Positions 1 to 9,071 of a stretch of 64,000 nucleotides of DNA are shown here, piece by piece. The position numbers and the translations under genes are program-made. The stretch is from an uncultured Treponema sp. (GTDB lineage: Bacteria; Spirochaetota; Spirochaetia; Treponematales; Treponemataceae). The number at the start of each line of letters is the position of its first letter. Position 1 is the stretch's first letter. Where the stretch lies: assembly GCA_947170195.1 (NCBI GenBank), contig CAMVSS010000001.1, positions 2,371-66,370 of the forward strand, written 5' to 3'. The notes beneath the pieces are model-generated. The model ran no database searches. It was not told the DNA's origin and saw only the letters and a list, made by a program, of their open reading frames with translations.

Positions 1-745
1 AGGCTTTTGTGAGGAAGCAATGGTCGTATCCGCCGATTTTTTTGCTGATTTGGTCTATGTCCTGCCCGATACTCTTCTTTTTTGAGAAATCAAATGCGGT
101 GCCCTCTGCTGAGAGGATGTTTCCGGTCGGAATCAGGTTTTCTGATACTTCGAGGATTTTGTTGTAGTCGAGGGTCAGCTCGTGGTTGAATACAGATCCT
201 TTGCCGGCAAGATTGAAGTATGAATGGTTTGTGAGGTTTACAGGAGTTGCCTTGTCAGTGGTTGCTGTGTAGTTCCAGAAGAGCTGGTTCTGGTCGTTCA
301 GGATGTATGAAACTTTAATTGTTAGGTTTCCTGGATATTTCTGCTCGTCTTCCGTGGTGGTTCGCTCAAAAATTACACCTGCGCGATGTTCTTCTTCGAA
401 AGTCGTCGCATTCCAGACCTGTTTTTCGAGCCGAGTGAAGCCGCCGTGAAGACTGTTTTCGCCGTCGTTTTTGTCGAGCTGATAGGTTTTTCCGTCCAAA
501 GTGAATGATGCGTTGCTGATTCGGTTTGCGAAGCGACCGACGATTGCGCCGAGGGAGCCTTTGCCGTTTTTGTAGCCTTCCAGATCTTTAAAACCGAGAA
601 CGATGTCGGTCGGATTTCCGTTTTTGTCAGGCACAAAAAGGTTTGTGACTGTGCAACCATAGTTCATGGAAGAGAAGCTCATCCATCCGTTTGAAATTGT
701 AAAAAGAGTTACGTTATCTGAGAGAGTTTTTTTAGTGATTTTCAT
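1..745 (-). CDS. galM: aldose 1-epimerase (galactose mutarotase), runs off window edge
   Basis: Not in the ORF track. Manual translation from ATG at 745 gives MKITKKTLSDNV...GAIVGRFANRI...NSLHGG...YPGNL...PVNLTNHSYFNL...GYDHCF, the GalM motifs. Confidence 0.93.
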   Translation of the reverse strand, partial: MKITKKTLSDNVTLFTISNGWMSFSSMNYGCTVTNLFVPDKNGNPTDIVLGFKDLEGYKNGKGSLGAIVGRFANRISNASFTLDGKTYQLDKNDGENSLHGGFTRLEKQVWNATTFEEEHRAGVIFERTTTEDEQKYPGNLTIKVSYILNDQNQLFWNYTATTDKATPVNLTNHSYFNLAGKGSVFNHELTLDYNKILEVSENLIPTGNILSAEGTAFDFSKKKSIGQDIDQISKKIGGYDHCFLTKA

Positions 746-878
746 AGTGAATAGTATAGCATGGTTTTCTCAATAAGAAATGATTTAAATTATATTAAAA
801 AGTTCAAAACCTAATCGATTTGTTTTTTAAATCGTAGTACAATATAGCTTGTAATTTTCAAAAACTGGAGGACTAGAA

Positions 879-2609
879 ATGAAAAAACGATTTGGATTAT
901 TTTTATCTCTGTTTTTCATTTTGGCAGTTTCTTCATGGGGCAAACCTCGTGGAGAAGTAACAATTCTTTATACGAACGATGTTCACACATACATCGCAAA
1001 TACGGTAAAAGATAAAGACGGCAACAAAGTTCCGGGACTTTCTTATGGTTCTATCGCAGCTCTTCGCGATGACCTTAAAGCTCAGGGAAAACAGGTTGCT
1101 CTTATTGATGCCGGTGATCACGTTCAGGGAACTGCATACGGTGCAATGGACAATGGTGCAAGCATCGTAAAATTCATGAATGCTGCAAAATATGATCTTG
1201 CAACCCTCGGAAACCATGAATTCGACTACGGTGCAAAACGCGTTTTCGAAATCATCAAAGAAGCAAAATATCCTTATGTAGCTTGTAACTTCGTTACAGC
1301 AGATACCAACAAACCGGTAACTGAAGCATACAAAGTTCTCAAGTTCGGAAAGACAAAGGTTGCTTTCGTCGGAATCATGACTCCAGAAACATACACAAAG
1401 TCAACACCTGCATACTTCATGGATGAAGCTCGAACAAAATTCATCTATAAGATTGCAGCCGGCGATAACGGTCAGGAACTTTATGATACAGTTCAGAAAG
1501 CAATCAATGCAGCTGCAAAAAAAGCTGATTATGTTGTTGCTGTTGGCCACCTCGGAGATGATCCTTCTTCTGCTCCATGGACAAGCATCGATGTAATTTC
1601 ACACACTTATGGTCTTGATGCATTTATCGACGGACACTCTCACTCAACTGTTCCTCATAAGATCGTAAAAGATGCAAAAGGCAAGGACGTTGTTCTTTCT
1701 CAGACAGGTTGTTATTTCGCAGCAATCGGAAAAATGACACTTTCTGACAAAGAAGTTTCTTCAGAACTCGTTACAAGCTATGACCGCGTTGATGAGTCTG
1801 TAACTGCTCTGGTAAAGGACTGGGCTGCTGCTGTTGACAAGAAATTGAACGAAGAAATCGCTGTTTCTGACGTTCCTCTCTACATCAATGACCCGGCAAA
1901 TCCAAAAAGCCGACTTATCCGCAAACAGGAGACAAACCTCGGCGACCTCGTTGCTGATGCAGCTTACTACTACTTCAACGAAGTTGAGCAGCTCAAATGC
2001 GATATGGCAATCGGAAACGGTGGTGGAATTCGTGTTGATCTTCCAGCTGGTTCATACTCATACAACTCTGCAAAGAAAGTTCAGCCGTTTGGCAACGTTA
2101 TGTGTCTCGTAGAGCTTTCTGGTCAGGATGTTCTCGATGCCCTCGAATTCGGTGCTCGAAAAGTTGGAAGCGGTGAAAACGGTGGCTTCCTGCACGTAGC
2201 CGGAATCAAGTACACAATCGATACTTCTGTTCCTGACACAATCAAGACTTCTACGGAAGGTTTGTGGACTGCAGGTCCTTCTTCATATCGTGTAACTGAT
2301 GTTCAGGTTTACAACAAGGAAAAAGCTGCTTACGAGCCTCTCGATCTCAAGAAAACATACACAATGGGCGGTCTGAACTACACATTGCGCAACATGGGTG
2401 ACGGATTTGCGATGCTTGCAAATACAAAACTCGTAAAAGATTATGTTGGCGAGGATTACCTGATGACATCTTCTTATGTTAAATCATTCAAGAAGGGTGC
2501 TGATGGAAAACCACACATCTCAACTGCAAACAGCCCGCTTTCAGCATACAAAAACTATTTGATCGATTACGAAAATCCAAATGGAGCCGGACGAATCACA
2601 ATCAAATAA
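879..2609 (+). CDS. secreted 5'-nucleotidase / 2',3'-cyclic phosphodiesterase (metallophosphoesterase + 5'-NT C-domain)
   Basis: Signal peptide; TNDVH, DAGDHVQG, GNHEFD and GHSH motifs; C-terminal ETNLGD..NGGGIR..PFGN; RBS GGAGG. Confidence 0.92.
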   Translation: MKKRFGLFLSLFFILAVSSWGKPRGEVTILYTNDVHTYIANTVKDKDGNKVPGLSYGSIAALRDDLKAQGKQVALIDAGDHVQGTAYGAMDNGASIVKFMNAAKYDLATLGNHEFDYGAKRVFEIIKEAKYPYVACNFVTADTNKPVTEAYKVLKFGKTKVAFVGIMTPETYTKSTPAYFMDEARTKFIYKIAAGDNGQELYDTVQKAINAAAKKADYVVAVGHLGDDPSSAPWTSIDVISHTYGLDAFIDGHSHSTVPHKIVKDAKGKDVVLSQTGCYFAAIGKMTLSDKEVSSELVTSYDRVDESVTALVKDWAAAVDKKLNEEIAVSDVPLYINDPANPKSRLIRKQETNLGDLVADAAYYYFNEVEQLKCDMAIGNGGGIRVDLPAGSYSYNSAKKVQPFGNVMCLVELSGQDVLDALEFGARKVGSGENGGFLHVAGIKYTIDTSVPDTIKTSTEGLWTAGPSSYRVTDVQVYNKEKAAYEPLDLKKTYTMGGLNYTLRNMGDGFAMLANTKLVKDYVGEDYLMTSSYVKSFKKGADGKPHISTANSPLSAYKNYLIDYENPNGAGRITIK

Positions 2610-2683
2610 ATATGCTTGTCCGGAAACCGATTGCCGAAAGGTGACTGTAGTTTCCGGAACCAGCCGATGATTTGCTGATGCAT

Positions 2684-2738
2684 AAAAAAAGCGAACCGCT
2701 TCGGAAGTTTTTCTTCCTGATTCGGTTCGCTTTTTTTT
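2684..2738. terminator. bidirectional intrinsic terminator
   Basis: A7-GCGAACCG...CGGTTCGC-T8 between convergent genes. Confidence 0.85.
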
Positions 2739-2767
2739 GTTTTGCTATGATTTTTTGAGTCTGCTGA

Positions 2768-4336
2768 TTAGAGCGTTACTCCGTCCTTGAAGATTGCGAT
2801 TTCGCGGTAGCCGTTCTTTTCGTTCTTTGTGACAGCCTTGCCAGAGCAGAGATCGCAGATCTGCTGAAGGAGAGCGTCTCGAACGCTGTCGGTCGGTTCG
2901 TCGAGGATTCTTGCCGCATCAAAATCGATCCAGTTTGATTTTTTCTCTGCGAGCGGATGATTTGTTGCAATTTTTACAGTTGGAACCGGCGCTCCGAGCG
3001 GTGTTCCTCGTCCTGTTGAGAAGAGGATGATGTTTGCGCCTGCGCTGGTCATGTCAGTTGTTGAAACAATGTCATTGCCCGGGCCTTCGAGGAGCGTGAG
3101 TCCTGTTGATTCCTGTGGAAGTCTTTCGCCGTATTTCAATACGCCTGTAACCGGAGCTTTTCCGCCCTTCTGTACGCAGCCGAGAGATTTGTCCTCGAGT
3201 GTCGTAATGCCGCCGGCTTTGTTTCCCGGAGACGGATTTTCGTAGCAAACCTGATTATGTCGAGCGTAGTAGTCTTTGAATCCGTTGATGAGATCAACCG
3301 TTTTGTCGAATCTTGCCTTGTCAACGCAGCGGTTCATGAGCATCTGCTCTGCGCCGAACATCTCAGGAACTTCGGTGAGCATTACTCTTCCGCCCATTCC
3401 TGTCATGGCGTCGCAGATTCGTCCGATGAGCGCGTTTGCTGTGATTCCTGACATTCCGTCTGATCCGCCGCATTTCATTCCAAGCACGATGTCAGTGAGA
3501 GGAGCATCTTCTCGCTTGAATTTGTCGGTATATTCTGCAAGCTCGGTGATCAGTTCCATTCCTTTTCCGAGATCGTCATCGTAGTCCTGTGTAACGAGGA
3601 ATTTTACGCGGTTTTCGTCGTACTCGCCGAGGAATTCCTTGAAGTACGGAACGTTATTCTCTTCGCAGCCCAAAGAAACGACGAGAACGCCGCCTGCATT
3701 CGGGTGATGTACGAGGTTTGAGAGAATTCGAGCAGTTGTTTCCTTATCGCCGCCCATCTGAGAACATCCGTATGGATGTGTCCATGCGAAAATACCTTCG
3801 AGACCGCCCTTTTCGTTAGGTTTTGGTGTTCCGGCGCAGAATTTTGCATTTGCCCAAGATGCGAGTGTTTCTGAGATTTTGTTTACGCAGCCTACGAGCG
3901 GAACAATCCATATTTCGTTGCGGATTCCGACTTTTCCGTCCGGGCGTTTGTATACTTTTACGGTCGGAACGTTCTCGCGCAGTTTAGCTGTTTCTGCGTA
4001 CCATGCTTCGTACGCTTTTTTTGCTTTTGTCTCGTTGTAAGAATATTCGAATTTTTCTGAAAGAAGAGTGTGGATGTTGTGAGTGTGAACATGGAATCCC
4101 TGAGGAATATCTTCTGTTGCGGCGCCAATCGGGTATCCGTATTTAATGATAGGTTCGTCTTTTTTGATGTTCTGGATGGCGAATTTATGACCTGCGGAAA
4201 TGTCTTCCTGAACGGTGACAGTGATTTCCGGAACGTTGTCCTGTGCTTCGAGCGTAACCTGTGTTCCTTTAAAAATTGGCTGGAGCGCAACGGCAACGAC
4301 ATCTGCAGGGTTGATTCTGATGGCAATTTTGCTCAT
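2768..4336 (-). CDS. uxaA: altronate dehydratase
   Basis: N-terminal SAF domain (GHKFA..IIKYG.PIG..HVHTHN); GIRNE, HPYGC, HPNAGG, KCGGSD, NPSPGNKAGG, TGRGTP. Confidence 0.95.
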   Translation of the reverse strand: MSKIAIRINPADVVAVALQPIFKGTQVTLEAQDNVPEITVTVQEDISAGHKFAIQNIKKDEPIIKYGYPIGAATEDIPQGFHVHTHNIHTLLSEKFEYSYNETKAKKAYEAWYAETAKLRENVPTVKVYKRPDGKVGIRNEIWIVPLVGCVNKISETLASWANAKFCAGTPKPNEKGGLEGIFAWTHPYGCSQMGGDKETTARILSNLVHHPNAGGVLVVSLGCEENNVPYFKEFLGEYDENRVKFLVTQDYDDDLGKGMELITELAEYTDKFKREDAPLTDIVLGMKCGGSDGMSGITANALIGRICDAMTGMGGRVMLTEVPEMFGAEQMLMNRCVDKARFDKTVDLINGFKDYYARHNQVCYENPSPGNKAGGITTLEDKSLGCVQKGGKAPVTGVLKYGERLPQESTGLTLLEGPGNDIVSTTDMTSAGANIILFSTGRGTPLGAPVPTVKIATNHPLAEKKSNWIDFDAARILDEPTDSVRDALLQQICDLCSGKAVTKNEKNGYREIAIFKDGVTL

Positions 4337-4499
4337 GTTTTTACCTCAAACGGAATTAGATAAAGTGGATTTCTTCCACCGAAAGTGATTTTAATATGAA
4401 AAAAAGAAAATGTACATGAAACGAAGATTCAATGTTTTTGTGATAAACCGATGTATGAGATATGATTTTCTGAATAATTGAGAGATTTTTGTTAGTTTG

Positions 4500-4640
4500 G
4501 AAAGGCGGGGTGGCTATGGAGCGGTGGCGAAGCCAGTCGTTGCAAAAACATGACATCCCTTTTTTTGTGCCTGCTTGTTTTTGCAACGACCGCGCGCGAG
4601 CAAGCCGCGGAACAGCCGCAGGGAGAAATGGTTCCCCCCT
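4500..4640. repeat. GC-rich palindromic intergenic element (REP/MITE-like)
   Basis: Perfect 15-bp inverted repeat GTCGTTGCAAAAACA (4536-4550) / TGTTTTTGCAACGAC (4576-4590) with GC-rich flanks; shares TATGGAGCG with the 7.3 kb element. Confidence 0.6.
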
Positions 4641-4657
4641 GCAATGATTTAAATTTG

Positions 4658-5431
4658 CTACATTGATGTGTATCCGCCGTCAACCGGAAGAATTACGCCT
4701 GTAACGTAGCTTGATGCCGGGCTTGCGAGGAAGATTGCCGCTGTGTCCAGCTCGCCTTCGTTTCCGTAGCGTGAAAGTGGAATCATTGTCTGGGCGTTCT
4801 GCTGGAAGAAATCCGAGTCGAGCGTCTCTTTTGTGAGCGGGCTGTAGAAGTAGCCCGGGCAGATTGCGTTCACATTGATGTTGTATTTTCCCCATTCCGA
4901 TGCGAGTCCGCGAGTAAGGTTTACGACGCCACCTTTTGCTGCATGATATGGTGAGCATGGAGCAACTTTGTTTCCGACCAGGCCGTACATTGATGCGATG
5001 TTGATGATCCTTCCGTATTTTGCAGGAATCATTGCTTTTTTTGCGACCGCGCGTGAAACTTTGAATGTTCCGCCCAAGTCAACGTTCAGTTCGCCGTTGA
5101 ACTGGTCATCGGTGATGTCTTCTGCAGGGGCTACTGCACCGGTTCCGGCGTTGTTGATTACGATGTCGATTCTGCCGAATTTAGCGAGGATTTCGTCTAC
5201 GGCGGCATTTACGCGCTCCGTGTTTGTGATGTCGCACTGGACTGCCAGCGTCTCGACTTTATATGTGTCAGCGATTTCTTTTGCAACTGCATCTATCAAT
5301 TCTTTGCGTCGTGCGAGTACGGCGATTTTCGCACCCTGATTTGCGAGTGCTTTTGCCATCTGAACTCCGAGTCCAGTTGAGGCTCCTGTTACAAGAGCGA
5401 CCTGTCCTGTCAAATCAAAGTAATTTTTCAT
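4658..5431 (-). CDS. SDR-family oxidoreductase (gluconate 5-dehydrogenase/KduD-like)
   Basis: TGASTGLG, NNAG, IASMYG, YHAAKG (YxxxK), ICPGYF, PVDGG; next to uxaA. Confidence 0.85.
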   Translation of the reverse strand: MKNYFDLTGQVALVTGASTGLGVQMAKALANQGAKIAVLARRKELIDAVAKEIADTYKVETLAVQCDITNTERVNAAVDEILAKFGRIDIVINNAGTGAVAPAEDITDDQFNGELNVDLGGTFKVSRAVAKKAMIPAKYGRIINIASMYGLVGNKVAPCSPYHAAKGGVVNLTRGLASEWGKYNINVNAICPGYFYSPLTKETLDSDFFQQNAQTMIPLSRYGNEGELDTAAIFLASPASSYVTGVILPVDGGYTSM

Positions 5432-5436
5432 ATAAA

Positions 5437-5563
5437 CTCCTTTAAAAACTCCGCGTTAGCGGCGTTGCATGGAGGCAACGGATAGCGAGTTATTGCCAAC
5501 GGCAAGAACTCGGCCGTGCTAAAAAGTACATGGAGGTACTTTTTAGCAAGCCTCCTTTAAAAA
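5437..5563. repeat. ~100-bp three-hairpin element flanked by a 12-bp direct repeat
   Basis: CTCCTTTAAAAA at 5437-5448 and 5552-5563. Hairpins: CGTTGC-ATGGAG-GCAACG; CGAGTT..AACTCG; GCTAAAAAGTAC-ATGGAG-GTACTTTTTAGC. Confidence 0.75.
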
Positions 5564-5640
5564 TTGGTAAGATAGTTCTAATATAACAGTAAAATCTTTT
5601 ATTGAACAGTTGTTAGCGGTGGCTAATCTTATTATTTGGG

Positions 5641-6084
5641 ATGAATTTTATGAGCGAGACTGATTTTTATCTGACGAAACGACTTTGCGAAATGAGTGAT
5701 GCGGAGTGGGAGGCGCTTTGTGACGGATGCGGAAAGTGCTGCTACAGAAAGTTCATAACCGGCCACGGAAAAAATACGAAAGTGCATTTTACAAGAATCG
5801 CCTGTGATCTTTTGGATTTAAAGACCGGGCGCTGCTCGGATTATGAGAATCGGTTTAAGAAAAATAAGGATTGCAGCCGGCTGACAAAGAATAATGTCGG
5901 TCGTTGTGATTGGCTTCCTGAAACTTGCGCCTACCGACTGCTTTATTACAAGCGTCCTCTCCCCGACTGGCATCCCCTTGTTTCCGGCAGCTCAGATTCT
6001 GTGAAAGAAGCTGGGGTTATGATAAAAAATGGAGTTCATGAAAAAGATGTGAGCGAAGATGACTGGGAGGATTACGAGATTTAA
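5641..6084 (+). CDS. ycgN: YcgN/UPF0260 cysteine-cluster (CxxCxxCC) protein
   Basis: EWEALCDGCGKCC, ACDLLD..CSDY, WLPETCAYR, LPDWHPLVSG. Start may be the ATG at 5650. Confidence 0.88.
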   Translation: MNFMSETDFYLTKRLCEMSDAEWEALCDGCGKCCYRKFITGHGKNTKVHFTRIACDLLDLKTGRCSDYENRFKKNKDCSRLTKNNVGRCDWLPETCAYRLLYYKRPLPDWHPLVSGSSDSVKEAGVMIKNGVHEKDVSEDDWEDYEI

Positions 6085-6167
6085 TCCGTTCGGTCAAAGC
6101 GGAATGATTTTAAGATACGGCCGGTATTTTTTTGAAGAACTATATGCTGGGCAATGAAACATTCATT

Positions 6168-6275
6168 GTTACCGCAAGTAAGGTTCGTACGTTAAGGGGA
6201 GTTACGTACTGTTGTTACCATGCGTAACGTGCGTTTGTTACACATGGTAACGTGTACGATGTTACACGAGGTAAC
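6168..6275. repeat. five phased GTTAC-N5-GTAAC palindromes (23-24 bp period)
   Basis: Units start at 6168, 6191, 6214, 6237 and 6261. The last three are perfect; the first two are degenerate. Confidence 0.8.
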
Positions 6276-6460
6276 AAAGAATTTCATCGGAATTTCCTTG
6301 ATAAAAGCTTTCGGCACTAAGATTAAAAAAGACATCGCATGCTATAATATGTTCAGGCGAAGAAGAGAAAAAATAGAAAAATTATTTGCTGAATTATGGG
6401 AAAACACAGAAAATACTCGTGTAGCATTTAAAGTTGGAGATTTATTTGAACTTATCGAAA

Positions 6461-6986
6461 GTGAAAAGAAAGTTATCGTTGTTATTAATCGTCTTAGCAA
6501 CTTTGCAATTCTTCAGTTGTTCAAAATCAGTGGATATTGATGAAGAAGAATTAAAACAGTTTGTAATTGAGTATGATGATGCGCTTTCTAAAGGCTGGTC
6601 AGAAAGTGATGAGATTTTTGTTCCTTGGGTAACAAGAAAATATTTATGGGAAGATGCATTTTTAGATCATTATAGTAACTATCATTGGTTTGTTTATGAA
6701 GATAATATTCAAATTAAAAGTGTTGAAAAAAATCCAAAAAATGAATACCAATTTTTTGGAAAAGACTCTTACACCATTAAGTATCAATGTAAAGCAATTG
6801 GAGAGATTGTAAATGGCACAATTGAAAAATTGCCTTCTTCAAATGAATACGGATATTCTGTTGTATGTGTGGCTCCTATAATATGGTAAGTTGTTAGTTA
6901 CGGGCTATGCATATGACTCATGTTGGGTAAAAGAAAAACATTTACCAGCTTTAATAAAAAGAAAAGGTTTGGTTGTAGAAAAATAA
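6461..6986 (+). pseudogene. low-GC putative lipoprotein, frameshifted near 6880
   Basis: GTG at 6461 gives (M)KRKLSLLLIVLATLQFFSC, a spirochaetal lipobox-like signal. The ORF stops at 6889, but another frame continues GKLLVTGYAYDSCWV...LVVEK* to 6986. Confidence 0.5.
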
Positions 6987-7029
6987 TATGTAACATTTAT
7001 TTATGTGCACTACGGGGATCAAAGAAAAG

Positions 7030-7215
7030 ATAAAAATACTGCGCAGGCGGGTTCTGTCCCCACTGCGAATTTGGCTTTCCTGCTTTTAATAAAAGCTGCC
7101 ACATGGATGGGGCAATCAGCTAGTATAACCGCGAGTTTTTGAAAAAAAACTCGTCAGGGCACGGATGCTCAAAGGTTCGGCGTAGGAACTTTAGTTCCAC
7201 GAGTAGTATTTTTAT
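7030..7215. repeat. structured multi-hairpin intergenic element
   Basis: Closing inverted repeat ATAAAAATACT (7030-7040) / AGTATTTTTAT (7205-7215). Internal hairpins: GCCAC-ATGGAT-GGGGC, CGAGTTTTT..AAAAACTCG, GGGC-ACGGAT-GCTC. Confidence 0.65.
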
Positions 7216-7441
7216 AGGTGCTGTTAAATGCAAAAGTGCCGGGAGTTTAAAATGTTTTCTCCAGCCTTTGCAAAGCACTAACGCCTTGAGTAAAACCCCG
7301 CTCCGCAGTGTAGCACCTGCGAAGCAGTACCGCCTGCGGTATGGAGCGAAAGCGGAAGTGCGCAAGGGCGCCAGTTAGAAAATGCTGCGCATGATTTTTC
7401 CTGCCACTAGTTTTTATGTATCTGGAAATTGATTTAAAGAT

Positions 7442-7492
7442 AAAAAGGCTGTCCTTTGTAGAAGTTTTTTGTTACTTCCAGGACAGCCTTTT
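7442..7492 (-). terminator. intrinsic terminator of uxaB
   Basis: AAAAAGGCTGTCCT...AGGACAGCCTTTT. Confidence 0.8.
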
Positions 7493-7508
7493 AGCAAGTT
7501 AAGTCTGG

Positions 7509-9071
7509 TTATTTTACGATATCAGCAAGTGCTTTTTTCATACCGTCTTTCTGGATGTTTGCCAGGTGACCTGCAACTGCAGCTTCGAGACCTGCAACTT
7601 TAGTCAAATCTTCTTTCCAGAAATCAACATTTGAGAGAACTTTGTTTGCAATTACTTTTGCGTCTTTTGTCTCTTTGTTGAGAGAAGCGAAGAATTCGAG
7701 AACTGGCATTGTGTCTTTGTTCGGGTAAACTCCGTCTTCGCGTTTAGACTCGAGGTATTTAGCACCCTTTTCGTCTGTTTTGATTTCTGTTCCGTTGTAG
7801 AATGCGATGAGGGCTGCGATTGAGAAGCCGAGGAGTTTCGGAACTGAGCCGTTCTTTTTGACTGACTGGAGAACAGATGGCAAACAGCGTGTCCAGTATT
7901 TTGCAACTGAGTTCAAAGAAATCTCAATCAAGCGGTGCGGGTTGAACGGATTCTGGAAGCGAGTCCAAACATCCTGTGCGTATTTCTTGAGGTCTTCCTG
8001 ATCGCCGTCGATTGAGGGAACGATTTCGTTGAAGATGATGTCGTGCATGAATTTCTGAGCGTCAGCGTTCGGTGTGTTGAAGCCTGAACCAACTTTTTCT
8101 GAACAAACGATGTCCTGAACGTAGTTTGAACCAGCGAGGAATGCTGCGAGAACTGAAGATGTGTGTGCGCCGTTCAAGATGCGGACTTTGCGTGTGTGGT
8201 AGTAGTCCATGTTCTGAACCCACTTAACTGAAAGGCCTGCTTTAACCAGTGGGAGTTCATCTTCGTGTGGCTTTTTAGATTCGATAACCCAGAAGTGGAA
8301 AAGCTCTGCTGAGTCGAGGAGTTTGTCCTCATAGCCGAGTTTTTCGCAGAGGTTTTCTGCCTGAGTTTTGCCGTTTTCTTCTTTAGAGAGAAGTGGGAAG
8401 TATCCCGGAACGATGCGGTCAACGAGACATGAACAAACGTCACAAGCTTCGTCGAACCAGTTGATGAAGTCCGGTCCGAGCTGCCACATTTCTGCGTAGC
8501 GGAGGATGTTGATGCGGAGGTTGAGACCTGCCTGGTCAGAAAGCTCACAAGGAATCAGGATGAGACCTTTAGAAGTGTCGCCCTTGAATGCCTGGAAGCG
8601 TTTGTACAAGAAAGCGGTGACTTTTGCAGGATAGTTCTTCTGTGGTTTCTGGTCGAGTGTAACAGGAACTCCGTCGATTTCTGTATCGAAGCGGATACCG
8701 GCTTCTGTAGTGTTAGAAATGATGAAGCGCAAATCCGGGCTTGAAGCCAATGCGATGTAGTCGTCGTAGTTTGTGTATGGGTTGATTGAGCGGCTGACTG
8801 AGTTGATTGCGCGAGTCTCAACAGTTGGCTTTCCGTCTTTCATGCCGCGGAGAACTGTTGTGTACAAGTTGTCCTGTGCATTCATCGCATCAATCATGCC
8901 TTTTTCGAGCGGCTGTACGATGACGATGTTGCCGTTGAAATCGGTTTTTTCGTTTACAATGTCAATCTGCCAGTCTACGAATGCGCGCAAGAATCCGCCT
9001 TCACCGAACTGCAAGATTTTCTCTGGACGTTTAACAGTTTTTACTACGTCTTTAATTGACTTAAGAGCCAT
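7509..9071 (-). CDS. uxaB: tagaturonate reductase (altronate oxidoreductase)
   Basis: ILQFGEGGFLRAFVDW, ISNTTEAGI, PCEL, LVDRIVPGY, RKVRILNGAHT, RFQNPF. Confidence 0.95.
   Translation of the reverse strand: MALKSIKDVVKTVKRPEKILQFGEGGFLRAFVDWQIDIVNEKTDFNGNIVIVQPLEKGMIDAMNAQDNLYTTVLRGMKDGKPTVETRAINSVSRSINPYTNYDDYIALASSPDLRFIISNTTEAGIRFDTEIDGVPVTLDQKPQKNYPAKVTAFLYKRFQAFKGDTSKGLILIPCELSDQAGLNLRINILRYAEMWQLGPDFINWFDEACDVCSCLVDRIVPGYFPLLSKEENGKTQAENLCEKLGYEDKLLDSAELFHFWVIESKKPHEDELPLVKAGLSVKWVQNMDYYHTRKVRILNGAHTSSVLAAFLAGSNYVQDIVCSEKVGSGFNTPNADAQKFMHDIIFNEIVPSIDGDQEDLKKYAQDVWTRFQNPFNPHRLIEISLNSVAKYWTRCLPSVLQSVKKNGSVPKLLGFSIAALIAFYNGTEIKTDEKGAKYLESKREDGVYPNKDTMPVLEFFASLNKETKDAKVIANKVLSNVDFWKEDLTKVAGLEAAVAGHLANIQKDGMKKALADIVK

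Noticed and set aside
373-660. 95-aa minus-strand ORF in the track
   Set aside because: Alternative frame inside the real galM CDS (745 to the window edge).
4356-4683. Small ORFs between uxaA and the SDR
   Set aside because: They span a palindromic repeat and AT-rich promoter DNA; no coding signal.
6168-6275. Possible mini-CRISPR array
   Set aside because: Period is only 23 bp with 5-8 nt variable parts, far too short for spacers, and no cas genes are present.
6220-6540. 106-aa ORF
   Set aside because: Its 5' part translates the palindrome array and its 3' part overlaps the lipoprotein frame; at most a gene fragment.
7120-7378. Two overlapping ~80-aa ORFs on opposite strands
   Set aside because: They arise from GC-rich palindromic repeat DNA; no RBS or protein-like features.
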